Below are positions 25,301 through 38,768 of a DNA stretch of 64,000 nt, piece after piece. A model generated the notes under the pieces. That model was not told the DNA's origin, did no database searches, and worked only from the letters and a program-made list of their open reading frames with translations. The stretch is from Paraspadella gotoi (Eukaryota; Animalia; Chaetognatha), in assembly GCA_051294375.1 (NCBI GenBank), contig CM119267.1, positions 13,880,186 to 13,944,185 of the forward strand, read 5' to 3'. The position numbers and the translations under genes are program-made. The stretch's first letter is position 1. Every line of letters starts with the position of its first letter.

Positions 25301-26248
25301 AAACACTGAAAAACAATGTTTGTAAACTTACGGTCGCCATCGACGATGCCATCGCAAACGCACGTGCCGCTTACACAATACCAACGAGAAAAGAAAAGAA
25401 ATTTTTCCGTTTGGCACAACGCGAAAAATTCCAAACATTCACGATGTGAACGAAATTGTAGAAATCCGTGACGAAACAAAACGGCGAGAAATGAGCGCGA
25501 GACATGAGAGAAAGGCAAAAAATCGAGATTGAAAAAAGGTCAAGTAGAAACATTGGTCAAACGAGAGAGGCTTGGTACGGGCCGACTTCCGTTGCACGAC
25601 CAAGCCTCACGAACGCTCACCGCCGGCCCCAATCCTTCTTCTTTTTNNNNNNNNNNNNNNNNNNNNNNNNNTAGTTTCTTACTGTCCTGCATCTAAAGAA
25701 AATATTTAAAATATTATATAATCAATATTATAAAAAATATTTGATAAATATTAAAAAATATATAATTTATAATTTTTTTTTAAAAAATCACTGAAAAAAC
25801 AATTTACCAATTGCTTTATGAAATTGGTACAACCAATATAAAAATTATCCATTCATTTAATAATATGTAATAACTACAGAAGTTTTCTTTGTTAAATTTT
25901 TAAAATTTAGGTATCCTATAAAATGGTCCATACTTGTACGCATATTCACCAGACAGTACCATTGGGACACACTGACAGTGTCACTGTACGAATATTTATT
26001 ACGATTTTAAAAATCATTAAGAGTTTTAGAGTAATGATTTTTTGAATTTGTAGATCCAGGTCATCAGGAACTTAAATGATGCGAAAAATAAATTAGTGAA
26101 AAGTGAAAATTACTCGGGATCAGGAATATAAAAAAAGATGGATGAGAAAACTTGTAAAAAAAATGAAAGGAAAGGCTTCGTGAAAAGAGAAGCTGAAAGT
26201 AGCGGTGTGGGAGGTGCTTCGAATGACGGGCACTGTGGAGACAGAAAG

Positions 26249-26279
<31 letters not shown>

Positions 26280-26476
26280 NNNNNNNNNNNNNNNNNNNNN
26301 NNNNNNNNNNNNNNNNNNNNNNNNNNNNNNNNNNNNNNNNNNNNNNNNNNNNNNNNNNNNNNNNNNNNNNNNNNNNNNNNNNNNNNNNNNNNNNNNNNNN
26401 NNNNNNNNNNNNNNNNNNNNNNNNNNNNNNNNNNNNNNNNNNNNNNNNNNNNNNNNNNNNNNNNNNNNNNNNNNNN

Positions 26477-26510
<34 letters not shown>

Positions 26511-28576
26511 TCTCCAGAAAATTCGGGCGAGTCGTCGAAGGTTAAAGAAAGGATCCTTTACAAAATGAAAAGCAGTGAAACTTCTTCGACATCGTCGGAG
26601 CTCAAAAGAATCGAGAGCCGCGATGTGAAAAAAAAAGGGAAAAAAAGGTGGCGGGAACCAAAGGGTTCCGCGTTTTCTGGCAGAGAATAGAAAGAGGCGA
26701 AAACCCGGCGCACCTGCGATCGAGGAAAAAATGACGAGNNNNNNNNNNNNNNNNNNNNNNNNNNNNNNNNNNNNNNNNNNNNNNNNNNNNNNNNNNNNNN
26801 NNNNNNNNNNNNNNNNNNNNNNNNNNNNNNNNNNNNNNNNNNNNNNNNNNNNNNNNNNNNNNNNNNNNNNNNNNNNNNNNNNNNGAGAGAGAAATAAAAA
26901 AATAAAAGAGCATCGGGTAAACAGAAAAGGGGAGGGAAAAACGAGGGATAAACACGACGGAATTACTCGCGAGTCAAATATGATGAGTACAGCCTCACAA
27001 CGACGAAACTAGGGGGAAATTCAGTATGGAACGAGAGAGAGGGGTAAAGCGAGGAAGGAAGGGCAAAGTTTTGTATTGTATTAAAACAATAAGGGTTGTT
27101 TTATATCATTACATTGCACAAGAAAGAGAGAGAGAGAGATGGAAAAAGGGGATATCAGAATAAAACGTGAGAGAGAGAAAGAGTGATAGACAGTGGAAAG
27201 GAAAAACTGAAAAAGTAAAAAGAGAAATCTCAAGGGGGTTAGATCGCCTTGTTGCGAATACAGAGAGAACTTAAGGGAAAAAGAGAGAGAGAGAGAAAGA
27301 GAAGTAAAGGAAGCAGAGAGAAATAAGGTAAAGAATTAGAGTATTAGAAAATAAGAGAGATATCATTCGACAATAACAAGGAAACATGAAAGTGAGAATT
27401 ATTAAATAAAGGAATGCAAGAATTCTATGAGAGAGACCTTTCAGTTGATGTCACATTGTCGCGGTTTACTCTCTTTTTTTTCTGTCTTTGGTGACGATTT
27501 TTGTTTACGATTTCCGCCTTTCCTTTTCGATTGACCCTAAGAAGAAATGTGAGAGAGTGATAGAGGCGTCGACGTGGGGGGGGGNNNNNNNNNNNNNNNN
27601 NNNNNNNNNNNNNNNNNNNNNNNNNNNNNNNNNNNNNNNNNNNNNNNNNNNNNNNNNNNNNNNNNNNNNNNNNNNNNNNNNNNNNNNNNNNNNNNNNNNN
27701 NNNNNNNNNNNNNNNNNNNNNNNNNNNNNNNNNNNNNNNNNNNNNNNNNNNNNNNNNNNNNNNNNNNNNNNNNNNNNNNNNNNNNNNNNNNNNNNNNNNN
27801 NNNNNNNNNNNNNNNNNNNNNNNNNNNNNNNNNNNNNNNNNNNNNNNNNNNNNNNNNNNNNNNNNNTGAGAAAAGAGCTGTGTTTCCGCTGCCTAATTCG
27901 GTTGTAGAATTGGTTGTTTTAATTTTAATATTATTTATATTTTATTATAAACACTTTTATAACTAATGAAAATTTTCATAGAAACTTTCTAATTTAGTCG
28001 TTGGTAAAATCCGGTACAATGTGACAATAGAATGATATTAAAAAAGAAAGGAAGGAAAAAGCAAAGTGAAACTGATAATGATAATGATAATGATTTATGG
28101 ATTTAATACTGCTTTATGTATGGACTGACAGAGAGAGAGAGAGAGAGAGAGAGTCGCGGTCGGGATCTTTTCTTAAGTTTTTTCCTCCGTTACTAAGTCA
28201 TGGAATTCGTCTCCATGGAAACGGAGGAAGCAATCACGTGATCCGTGAATTACGGCCACGGAGCTAAAATGCATCGGCGAAACAATATATTACTTTTCGA
28301 AGGTTTTGGTTCCATTGGGATTAAAATAATCATCCAGGTTGTATAAGGAGTACCTTGATCAGCAAAGTAGAGAAATAATTTTACGTTTGATTATCTACAT
28401 TCAGTTTTTTTTATTATCATATATAAAATAATAGTTAAGAATTTCTAATTTACGATAGTTGAATACATTATTCCGTTTAAGCTCTGTACGGTGATCCAAA
28501 AAAATCGCTGAAACCGACTGGAGTTTGAAAAACCGAGTTTTTCGTCCCGAAAACCCATAAAATTAAGAGGGGAGAA

Positions 28577-28634
<58 letters not shown>

Positions 28635-29386
28635 AATTTTCCGACTTGGAGTCGCGACGAAGTGAAGAAAATGGTTTTTTTTCTTCTTAAAAACCAAATA
28701 GAAAAAAAAAAAGAAGGAAAAGAAATCCAAGTTTTTTGGGTTTTTTCCATTTTTTCAATTTCGTCTCCGNNNNNNNNNNGAGGAGTTCCTCCTAAAATCA
28801 CAGTGGAATCGCGTTAATCCGATGATTTTTTGGATACGAAGATTTTCTTTTTTTCCCTTTTTTTTCTTTTTTTTTTTTCGCCGCGATCGATGAAAATCAT
28901 TCAGATTTCTTCTTTTTTTTGTGATAAAGGTTTAACCCTTTCGCCGGAATCTTTCGAATGTAAAAATAAAACTCATATATTATCAAATGATTAATTAATT
29001 AAATTAAAAATAAAATGTATATTGCATAATCCTCTTCGAAGAGCGAATCGATTGAAAAAAAAAAGCTTTGGACAATTAGCCGATTTACTAGAAGATTACC
29101 ACGCGACCGAGAACCCCTTTGCTCACATCCTCCCCCTCGCCTCAGACTTCGATTAGGGATTAAGATTGAGATTTTCTTCGTCGTCATCGTCGTTTTCGTC
29201 ATCGTCGTCGTCGTCGAAATCAGCGTCCCGTTCCGCTAAACCAATATTTTTTTCCGATTATTTTTTCGTTAAATCGAAATGTGGTTGACATCAACCTCGC
29301 CCGCTGGACACGTCATCATTCATGATATCACGATCACCACGACCTTGGTCGCTGTCATAGTCGTCGTCTTCGTCATAGTCGTCGTT

Positions 29387-29393
29387 TTCATCT

Positions 29394-29426
<33 letters not shown>

Positions 29427-30500
29427 GCCCCGCCCAGCCGTCGCCATTGTTTTTATGGTTAGTACGTATCTTCCTCGTTCTCGGTGTCCTCGTCTTTCTC
29501 CATCGTCGATGTGAGAAAAAANNNNNNNNNNNNNNNNNNNNNNNNNNNNNNNNNNNNNNNNNNNNNNNNNNNNNNNNNNNNNNNNNNNNNNNNNNNNNNN
29601 NNNNNNNNNNNNNNNNNNNNNNNNNNNNNNNNNNNNNNNNNNNNNNNNNNNNNNNNNNNNNNNNNNNNNNNNNNNNNNNNNNNNNNNNNNNNNNNNNNNN
29701 NNNNNNNNNNNNNNNNNNNNNNNNNNNNNNNNNNNNNNNNNNNNNNNNNNNNNNNNNNNNNNNNNNNNNNNNNNNNNNNNNNNNNNNNNNNNNNNNNNNN
29801 NNNNNNNNNGAGAGAGAGAGAGAGAGAGAGAGAATGAACCAGAGACGAAGGATTCATCTCTCGCAGACTCAAAGCCCAAAGTGTTTTGAGTTTCCGACTT
29901 AATCACCGGCGCGACGAAACGGGGAGAAGAATCTCTATTCGCGCCTTCGACGGGTCGTTCCGGGGGTAGCGGGACATTGGAGTGATTAACGCTTCNNNNN
30001 NNNNNNNNNNNNNNNNNNNNTTTCTCTCTCTTTCCTCTCTCTTCTCTACTTTCTCATCTCTCCTCATTCCCTCCCAGTCTCTGTCTCCTCTCTCATCGTC
30101 TCTCCTCTCTCTCGTCTCTCTCTCCTCTCTCTCTCTCTCTCTCATCTCTCTCTCAAGTAAATCGTAATTGCCTCTGCCTCCTAATTCAACGACCAAATCT
30201 CACCGTTATTCCGCTTCACCTCGTAATTTCCCCAGAATGCTTCGCTTCCGTTCTCACCCCTCGCCTTCCAGCCCCGAGATCCGGAGAAGCGTTAATCAAC
30301 TCAATGTCCGCTACCGACGCGGAACGACGCCGTGCGAAGGCGCAATAGAGATTCTTGCTCCCCGTTCGGTCGCGGATGAGCAGCACCGGGTGATTAAGGT
30401 GGACTCAAAACAATTTGGGCCTTTGAGCTCTGCGAGAGAATGAATCCTTCGTCCTCTGGTTCAAAATTTCTCTCTCTCATCTTTCTCTCTCTCTCCTCGC

Positions 30501-30532
<32 letters not shown>

Positions 30533-30959
30533 CTCTCTCTCTCATCTCTTCTCTCTCCTCTCATCGTCTCTCTCTCTTCTCTCTCACTCATCCTCATCCT
30601 TTCCGGTTCGTAAAAGCGAGGACAAATTTTCCTCGACGATGACGAAATTTCCCGTCCTCCCTCCTTCGTCTTCTTCCTCTACATCGTTCTCCTCAGTCTC
30701 TCTCGCTTCGTCTCTCTCTCTCCTCTCGGCTCTCCAGTCTCTTCTCTCTCACTCTCTCTCCTCCGCTTTCATTCAAGAAAAAAAACAACGGAGAAAAAAT
30801 ATTATTTTTTCTCACATCGACGATGGACGAAAGACGAGGACAAAACTCCGAGAAACGAGGAAGATACGTACTAACCATAAAAACAAATGGCGACGGCTGG
30901 GGCGGGGCCTGACCGACGACGAACGCACGACGAACGAACGACGAACGACGGAAGATGAA
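29387..30959. repeat. Inverted duplication: 29387-29995 vs 30286-30959, with a 25-N gap at the end of the left arm
   Basis: GTGATTAACGCTTC (29982-29995) vs GAAGCGTTAATCA (30286-). TTTATGGTTAGTACGTATCTTCCTCG vs CGAGGAAGATACGTACTAACCATAAA. The right arm is indel-rich. Confidence 0.9.
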
Positions 30960-31051
30960 TTACGAGAGAGAGAGAGAGAGAGAGAGAAACGTCCTATAAG
31001 AGATTAAGTAATGAGGAAATCCTCACCCAAATCACCCAATCGCTTCCTCAC

Positions 31052-31100
31052 CTTTTAAATCCCATTCCTTCGTCACCACCCAACTGTTCATCGCCACCAA

Positions 31101-31141
<41 letters not shown>

Positions 31142-31390
31142 GACCGGGCGTTTCTCCTCGTCGCTCCGCCCCAATCTGCGCGCGAACGAGATTGCGTCTG
31201 CACCAAAATCGGTCCCCGAGTGACCGACTGTATCGGACGCGCCCGATTCCGGCGCCGATGAGCGACGCTGAGCGCCGGGCGAGATAGCGCCCAACGGCGT
31301 CGTAACCGTTGATGTCGTTGCGAGATGCGCCTCCACGGCAATCGAGAATTAGACGATTTTTTAGCCGGGATGTACTGCGATTCTTTGATA
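31052..31390 (-). CDS. Candidate internal exon (339 nt, symmetric), Arg/Gly-rich low-complexity product of unknown function
   Basis: TATTTCAG acceptor ends at 31391 and AAG|GTGAGG donor starts at 31051. Length is a multiple of 3 with an open frame (IKESQYIPAKK...GGGG...GMGFK). GC-rich island in AT-rich flanks. No family recognised, and a second frame is also open. Confidence 0.35.
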
Positions 31391-31678
31391 CTGAAATACA
31401 TTATACAACTATACATATATGCTGCGTCGAGTATAAAGTAAATAATTTGAATAAATAAAATGAAATAAAACGATCTACTTTTCCTAAAAGTATTTACGAT
31501 AAAAAAAAATATTTTCGGAAAATCCGTTTCCCTTTTGTTTTGTACAGGAACAATAACATGAGAAATTTTTTCCTTCCTCGCTGACCTCAGCGCCCTTTGC
31601 GGTTATCTAGCGAACAACAAAAGATCATCGGTGAAAGGTGAGGTCTCGAGGGAACAGCTTTCGACCGGAGTCAACGAT

Positions 31679-31726
<48 letters not shown>

Positions 31727-33469
31727 GTCACGACCGTCACGACCGCCGCCGCAAGACAAAGCTGGTTTTAAACCATCAACCGTCATCGTCGTCGTCATCG
31801 TCGTCGTTATCGTCTTTCCCGCTGTTGAAAAGCGAAACGTCGTCGTTGGCTTTGGTCATCGTCGTCGTCATCGTCGTCGCCGTCATCGTCCCCCTGATGA
31901 GTTTCCGATCGAAATCCGAATTCCTTTGATCCCCCGGTGACGTAAGCGACGGCGAATGACGTCGAAGCCTAGACAATGACGTCACGTCTCGTCCACGTTC
32001 CCTCGCCCAGACGGACGCATTCCCCCTCCCGCCCCCACCCCAATTTCTCTTCTCAGTTTTCGTCTATCCCGATTAGCCCACGCCACCCCCGCTACGGTCC
32101 AACTACTGCCGGTGCTGCGCATTGTGCTGACTCTCTTCTAAAAAAAAACATATTAATCTCAACTACTCGTACCATTATGATGATGACGATCAGAATATAT
32201 AATATATCATATATATACAATAAATATAAAATATATATAGTATATATATATATAATATTAAATAAATATAGAATAAAATATCCTCCATGTTTACTTAAAC
32301 TTAATCATTTAATTTAAAAAACAAAAAATTTATGACTTCCTAAACTACTTCGCCTCTCGTTTTTTATCCTTCCTTTTAATACTTACATATTCTGAATATT
32401 AATCTTGAACTATTTTAAAAAAAAAACTCAACTTTAAACTATTTCTCTCTTCTGTCCTTATCCGTTTCATTCAAAATATTCTAAAATCCAAACTAAACAA
32501 TAAAATAAATAACTCTCTCACTTTTCAATACTACTCTTCACTCTTCACTCTTCAAACAATCTGTGACCCAACCCTCTATCCCCAAACCACCCCTCCGACG
32601 GGTGGAGCTGGGAGAGGCGCGGGGGGAGGAAGAGGCCCTGGGTCGCGGGCCGAGTGCGGAAGACGGCGAAGGAGACGACGACAAAGACAAACGAGAAAAA
32701 GCGGACGGAGCGGCGACAAAACCACCAAGAACAGGGGGGCCAGATTCCAGACAGACTCACGAGGCGGGGTCTACCCCCGATGCAGAAGAAAAGAGAGAAG
32801 AGAGCAGTCTGCGGCACAGCTAATGAAAAGAAGATACAGAAGTAAGCGACCACCGCTGGAACCAGAGCCAGACGACCGGAGAAAAGAGAGTAGCGAGAGG
32901 CCGTACCGCATCCAATGCCAGGAATACATTTTGATTGATTTTTTTGAATTTTTATAGGAATAGAAGCTCTCAAACACCACCGAATAATTAAGTCAAAATA
33001 CCTAGGCGCCCCAGTGAGCGCGAACTTCCCGCCAAGGAACCCGACGCGTGTGGTCGCGGCCCTGGACATTATAATTGATAATCAGCAGATAAAATGGAAA
33101 AAGGGAGAATCCGGGGAAGTGCCGATCCGGTGGTCGGTGCTCAAAGTGGAGCTACAAGTATAATTAGAGAAGGTATGAAAAAAAAAGAGAAGAGCGATAT
33201 TTCTGTGCGCGGAGATATCGCTCTCTTTTATGTCTTTGAGTGGTAAGAGAAGGGAGATAATTTTACGAAGCGGCACCGCTCGATTAAACATTGCTGAAAC
33301 CTCCATAGCAAAGTAAAGGATGAGACTACATAGACGAAACTTTCGCCTAGATATATATTGTAAGATTTCTAAGAATGTCATTTAGGACAATAACATAATT
33401 AAAAGAAAAAGAGAGGGAAAGAGACTATCAATAAAAGTTTTTGTTTGTAAATAAAACATAAATAAGATA

Positions 33470-33666
33470 TATGAACATGGAATTTTAAAGATCTTGATAT
33501 AGAAAGGCCCAAATATAAATTTTCAACTCTATGATAATCAATTACTTTTAAAACCATGATTGGCAAAACAAGCGTGACGCAGACGACGACGACGACGACG
33601 ACGACGACTTACGGCACAAAGAAGTGAAAGCGAATTATTATAACCGGCTTCCGGTCTGTCTCGATA
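33470..33666 (-). mobile_element. 5' end of a HINE-like element related to the 56630-59604 insertion
   Basis: Minus strand reads TATCGAGACAGACCGGAAGCCGGTTATAATAA...CTTCTTTGTGCCGTAAG(TCG)n..GCGTCACGCTT, paralleling TATCGAGCCATGACCGGCGAAGCCGG...CTTCTTTTGTACGTAG(TCG)n..GCGTCACGCTT. The distal boundary is uncertain. Confidence 0.7.
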
Positions 33667-35749
33667 GGAAGAAAGAACAGGAAAAATATTAATTAGATGA
33701 ACTATATAAAGAAATAATTTTCATAGGTTAAACACATTATTAAATTTCGAATTATATCCGAAAGAAGCTTTACAACGAGAATTTAAAATATAGAAACAAA
33801 TTTTAAATTACTCTGATCGACTCTGAAGCAAAGAAAGAACAAAACAATAATTTAAAGTATTAATTTTATAAGTCAGATCCTGTAGCTCAATCGCACTCCC
33901 GATGTATAGCCCGAGATTCGAATCCATGGTGCCGTTCAGGGAACTAGATGCGACGTTCTTTCGCCGAATGACGCATTCTCTATGACAAAGGGCGCCTCTC
34001 GTCCCTTGCTCCTTTCCCCCCATCGGCGCTGTGGGTGGCCAGGTGTTATAAGGTGGAAATAGTGCCCCACTCCCTTGTTAGACTTGTTTTTTTGTTTATG
34101 CTGATATAATTGATATTATCTAAATACTTACCTAACAAGAATTCTTCCTGTCCAAAATTTAAATAAGCCTTGTACTTAACCCAGCGATGTTTGAGACTCA
34201 GAACATTGGAAGACGACGATAAACGTCAAATCGAAAAGGCATCGTAGTTGCTTCCGACTCAACGTACGCCAAGTCGACAATCACTAGCTCTGATCTACCA
34301 TCACTCTGCCTATGCCACCCAGTACCATTCACGCCACACTGTCCCCCATCCCTTTCAAACGCGCCTCCTTCCACCCTTTATATTCCGCAACCAGTCATTA
34401 TGCTTCTGTTCGAAATATCCGAGCTTTGGCGCACGATATTTCCTTTCTCCGAATGCGAGTATAGTCCGCAACTGGTGAAACAGTTTTGAGTTTTGATTTC
34501 ATCCCTAATATCCGGCGTAATGGTTTTATTCGATAATATTAAAGTCCACCCGATTATTAACTTGAGTAACAAATTATGGTGAAAGGAAAAGAATTTCTAT
34601 ATCCTGATATCCAATACCTGATAGTTATTATAACATACACAAGAATATGAAGTGTCGCTCATCCATATATAAAGACAAGAAAGAAGGAAAGAAAAAATTT
34701 TCGAATAGGCTAGAGAAAGGAACAATCGCAAAAGGATCGGTACCTGAGAAAATCGCGAGAGTCATGCGCACACGAGAGGAGGTACAGTGAAAAGAGGACA
34801 GAGGCACAAAACAGTGCGAGCAGAAACACATCAAATCCAGGTCGTACATTACTCAGTCTCAGCCGGTATTACAGATACAGCGCTCGGCAACGAATATCAA
34901 CACGGAGGAAATTGCTATCGCCGGCATATCCCCAGGTGAATATAGTAGATCGAGACTGCTAGAGCGATAACAACCACCATGATCTATAGTGAACACAATG
35001 GAGTAATAACCCCGAACGCAAACATATACAAGTGTGACAAGCAGTATGTATTTAGGTCACAAGTGGCCGATTAAGCATCCAACAAGAGATAATCAGAAAG
35101 CAGTGCCAACGTCTCACGTGTGTAGAGTGAGCAACGTACCTCGTGCAACACGCCTTTGCGTCTCTCTACTTACGCGCAATAAGGAACACTCCCAATAATT
35201 TCGTAATAAACAAACACACACATACCAATATATAATAGAGTCCCAGCAGGGAAGAGGATGTGCTGATATGAGACAAAAAGATGTCAAAGCAAATAAATAG
35301 AATGGCGGTCAGAACAGCACATTTAGTATCGTATCGTAGGTTGGTCAATCAATCAAAATCTATTTCTCAATGCTTAAACATGAATACACTCTACCATAAA
35401 AAAACCCCAAACGCACCACTAACAAGCAAAATTGGACAAACACAAAAGTAGTAAACAAAAGGAATGAGGAAGTAGATGAAATTAAAAAGGAATCATCACG
35501 AGAAAAACTAGTTTATGGACACCTCAAAAGAAAAGAAGAAAAGTTGGGGTCGTAAAGGGTCATGAGCCAACAAAAAGTGAGCGCGCTCCAAGACTCGTAA
35601 AGGTCCTGGGCCGGCAACGAAGAAAATAAAAACGGCGCGCATGCCGTCTCCGTCTGACACGCGAGAAGGACGACAACCCGGACCCGACGGACGGCGTCAC
35701 GAGCACGGACGGAAAGACCCAGAAAGACAACGCCAAACCCCATTGCAAT

Positions 35750-37176
35750 GGTTTCGCCAAGTAACGACTTGTCGACGTCGACCGACGACCCGACCCCCGA
35801 CAGAATCCGACGAAGCCGGACGGACGACGGACGAACGACTCTGACGACGACAGGCAAAGTTGAAATTCGAGACAATATATGGGATCGCAAGTGGGGTTGG
35901 GAAATTCGGAGAGGTTGTGGGTTTTTTCGAATGCTCGGAATTGATGAGTCACAGCCTTTTTAAAGGTTCTGTCGACCTGACTTAGTCTGAGAGGCGATCT
36001 GGGCTTTGGAATGACGGTATTTTAATCCATTCCAATTAATCAATTCTTCTTTTCAGTGGATTCTGAGCGGGGGGGCCTCCGTTTCGTCGGTGGAGATAAA
36101 AAACTCGGGTTTCTTGATGGTTTTTAAAGCGAGTCTTGGGACTGCCGAGCAGAGGTTATGATGTACAATGTACACGCTTGCCGTCTACAATGACCTGTAC
36201 ATAGAGTTCAAAAGGAGAGCGGATGATAAATGAAAGGGTCCGTGGCGGGAGCAGCAAAGGGGGAAAAGAGCTGGGGAAAGGAACTGGGCGCGTGGGTCGT
36301 GGGTGTGCCAGCGTGGGAATAACCGGCCGGCAAGGCGGGTTCCAGACGTGTGCCCTGGCGAGCTCGAAACCACTACCTCCGATTCGATCTATCTCAAATT
36401 TACTGGAAAGCTGTGCCCAAGGGTTGAAAAACTTTTAGTAAGTTCCAAGCTGGTTCTTTTGGGAACTTTTTTATTCACATAATAATTTAAAACTCATATA
36501 TAAAATGCTACTTTGTAGCATTACCTTTTGATGTTAGAAGATGATTGCTTACGTTAGAATTTTGTAGACACAAAAAGCGTGAAACTGAGCATATGTAAGA
36601 CTTGAACTAAAGTCAAAAACATGCGTGCCAGTACGGATTGTATTGTTTTAGTACCAAAGTTGATTTTTGCCTAGTGTTTGATGACCTTACTGTTAAAAAA
36701 AAAAAAATTGAAGTCAGAATCAAAAGAAGTTCATGACTTTGTTGTGTAGGAAAAGGTGGCATTTCAAAGAATCCCAATTACGAAGGAACAGTCCAGAAAA
36801 AGTAAGCTAAAAACTTATTTAAAAACCGGTATGGGTATAATATCCCGATTAACTACTTTATCGGCAAGGATTTTACAGTCGTCGTCGTCCGTCGTCTGTC
36901 GTACAGTCGTCTAGTCCACCCCGTAGCGAATAAACAACGACCGGGTCATGAACTATGGGTTAACCGCTACTCAATGATTCGCTGTCATAACATTGTCCCG
37001 TCTGGTATGCATGTGTGGTTCATAGTTGCTTAAAATGCAAATCGTACATTGTGTTGTCCTAGCAGATCAGTACGTTCTGTCGCTTCACAAGGCCCTGCGA
37101 TATCCCAAAGTAACAAAACAAAGCTGGGATTCAATCTAAGAAGGGATTAATAGAAATATGAAGAAACTGAAAAGGC
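35750..37176 (+). repeat. Insertion-rich direct duplicate of 39350-40288
   Basis: Shared collinear anchors include ATGCTCGGAATTGATGAGTCACAGC, AAAGCGAGTCTTGGGACTG and ACTTGAACTAAAGTCAAAA. This copy is inflated by 1-3 nt insertions. A short anchor at ~32535-32597 also matches 38908-38967. Confidence 0.9.
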
Positions 37177-37321
37177 CAAAAATGGAAATCGGAAGCGCGC
37201 GAGATTCGCGGAGGCGAGGGAAGAAAAAAAGTGGTTCCCAGAGTGCGAGGAGAGAGGAGAGAGAGAGAGAGAGAGAGAAGGAAGAGAGAGAGAGGGAGAG
37301 AGAGAGAGAGAGAGAGAGAAG

Positions 37322-37457
37322 CCGGGCTGGAAAGAGGAGAGGCGAAGAGAGCGGCTGTTCGAGACAAAGAAAGTGAGGGAAAAAAGAGTGTCGGACACCT
37401 GAAAGGAGAGAAAACAAGGTGAAACGATTGAGGGCAGAGAGAGGAGAGAGAGGAGTG

Positions 37458-37493
<36 letters not shown>

Positions 37494-38093
37494 GAAAGAG
37501 AGAGAGAGAGCAGCAGGGAGAGCAGAGCGAGACGAGAGAGAAGAGAGTTATTAACTTGTCTAAATACTTCCAAACTATTATAAAATTCTTAAAGAAATCT
37601 TCCTAAGAATCCTTCTCGACTAATTCAAAAAAAAAGTATTAAGACACAGCGACATGCAAGCATCTAATTATGGCTTTTCTTTAGAAAAGTCAAGACTTAT
37701 TACAGAAGGAATAACAAGGAATTTATTAAAAAATATCCAGCGTCGGAAAAAAAGAACTTATCAAAAACCCAACACCTCTACAAAAAAGTTTATTGCAAAA
37801 GCACACCAAAAGGGAAAACATTATTTTGTGAGAAAAACTGGGAGAGAAACGAATAATTCATAAAAAAAAAAAACTAAAAATAAACTTAAAATTGAATTGA
37901 AGAAAAAAGAGAGAGACACGTGGTTGCTTGCGAGGCTTTTGTCTTTAGCGACGCTGCATTTGTACGGCAGAGAAAGCAAGCAGTTTTAAGTCCTGGACAG
38001 TCCGCGAAAACTTATATGTCCTTACTTTCATTTCTTTCTCTGCGAAGCCTTCTCCTTTCCCTATCCCTTTCTCTCTCTGCGTCGGTCTACTCT

Positions 38094-38135
<42 letters not shown>

Positions 38136-38443
38136 TCTCGCTCATCCCCCGGGCGTCAAGTTATTTGTTCTTACCCCCTTTTTGCTCTGGTGTTAGAGTG
38201 TTCCCCCCCAGCCATCTGATTGTTGTTTTTCCCTTTAAAGTTTGTTTGATATATAAGCTCTCTTTGTTTGTTAACTCGAATCGCTCTTCGTTCGACTTTA
38301 TTATTGTTTTCTCTTCTCTGCTTAATCTATTATCTTCGTTTCCTTGCCGTTATCTTTGCGTTGTTCTTTATTTTGGTTTTTTTAATTTCTTTCTTTCTTC
38401 TATCTTTCTTTCTTTCTTACTTTCTTTCTTTCTTTCTTTCTTT

Positions 38444-38487
<44 letters not shown>

Positions 38488-38768
38488 TCCTTTTTTTCTT
38501 TGCCTTTCCTTCTCCTCCCACGCACTCCACACAAAAGAGCTTCCGCGTTATATTCCCTGCCATTGTCCCCAGATAAGGTTTTTTTTTCCTCTGCCTCCCC
38601 CCCCCCCATTTCTCGCCGCAAAGGAACAAAAAAGCGGAAAATTAAATAGAGGCAGCGTCGTCGCCCAAAATAGAATAATACTCCGCGGCGGCGCGGCCGC
38701 GGTATTACTGCAGTCTGTCGGGGCGGGAAAAAGAAGGGGGAACGTGGGCAAGGAAGCAGAGGAGGGGG
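37322..38768 (+). repeat. Copy C of a triplicated segment (also 42981-44273 and 53971-55290)
   Basis: Shared anchors TGTCGGACACCTGAAAGGAGAGAAAACAAG (copies C and B) and AGAGGCAGCGTCGTCGCCCAAAATAGAATA (all copies). Ends at a 25-N gap (38769-38793). Confidence 0.9.
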
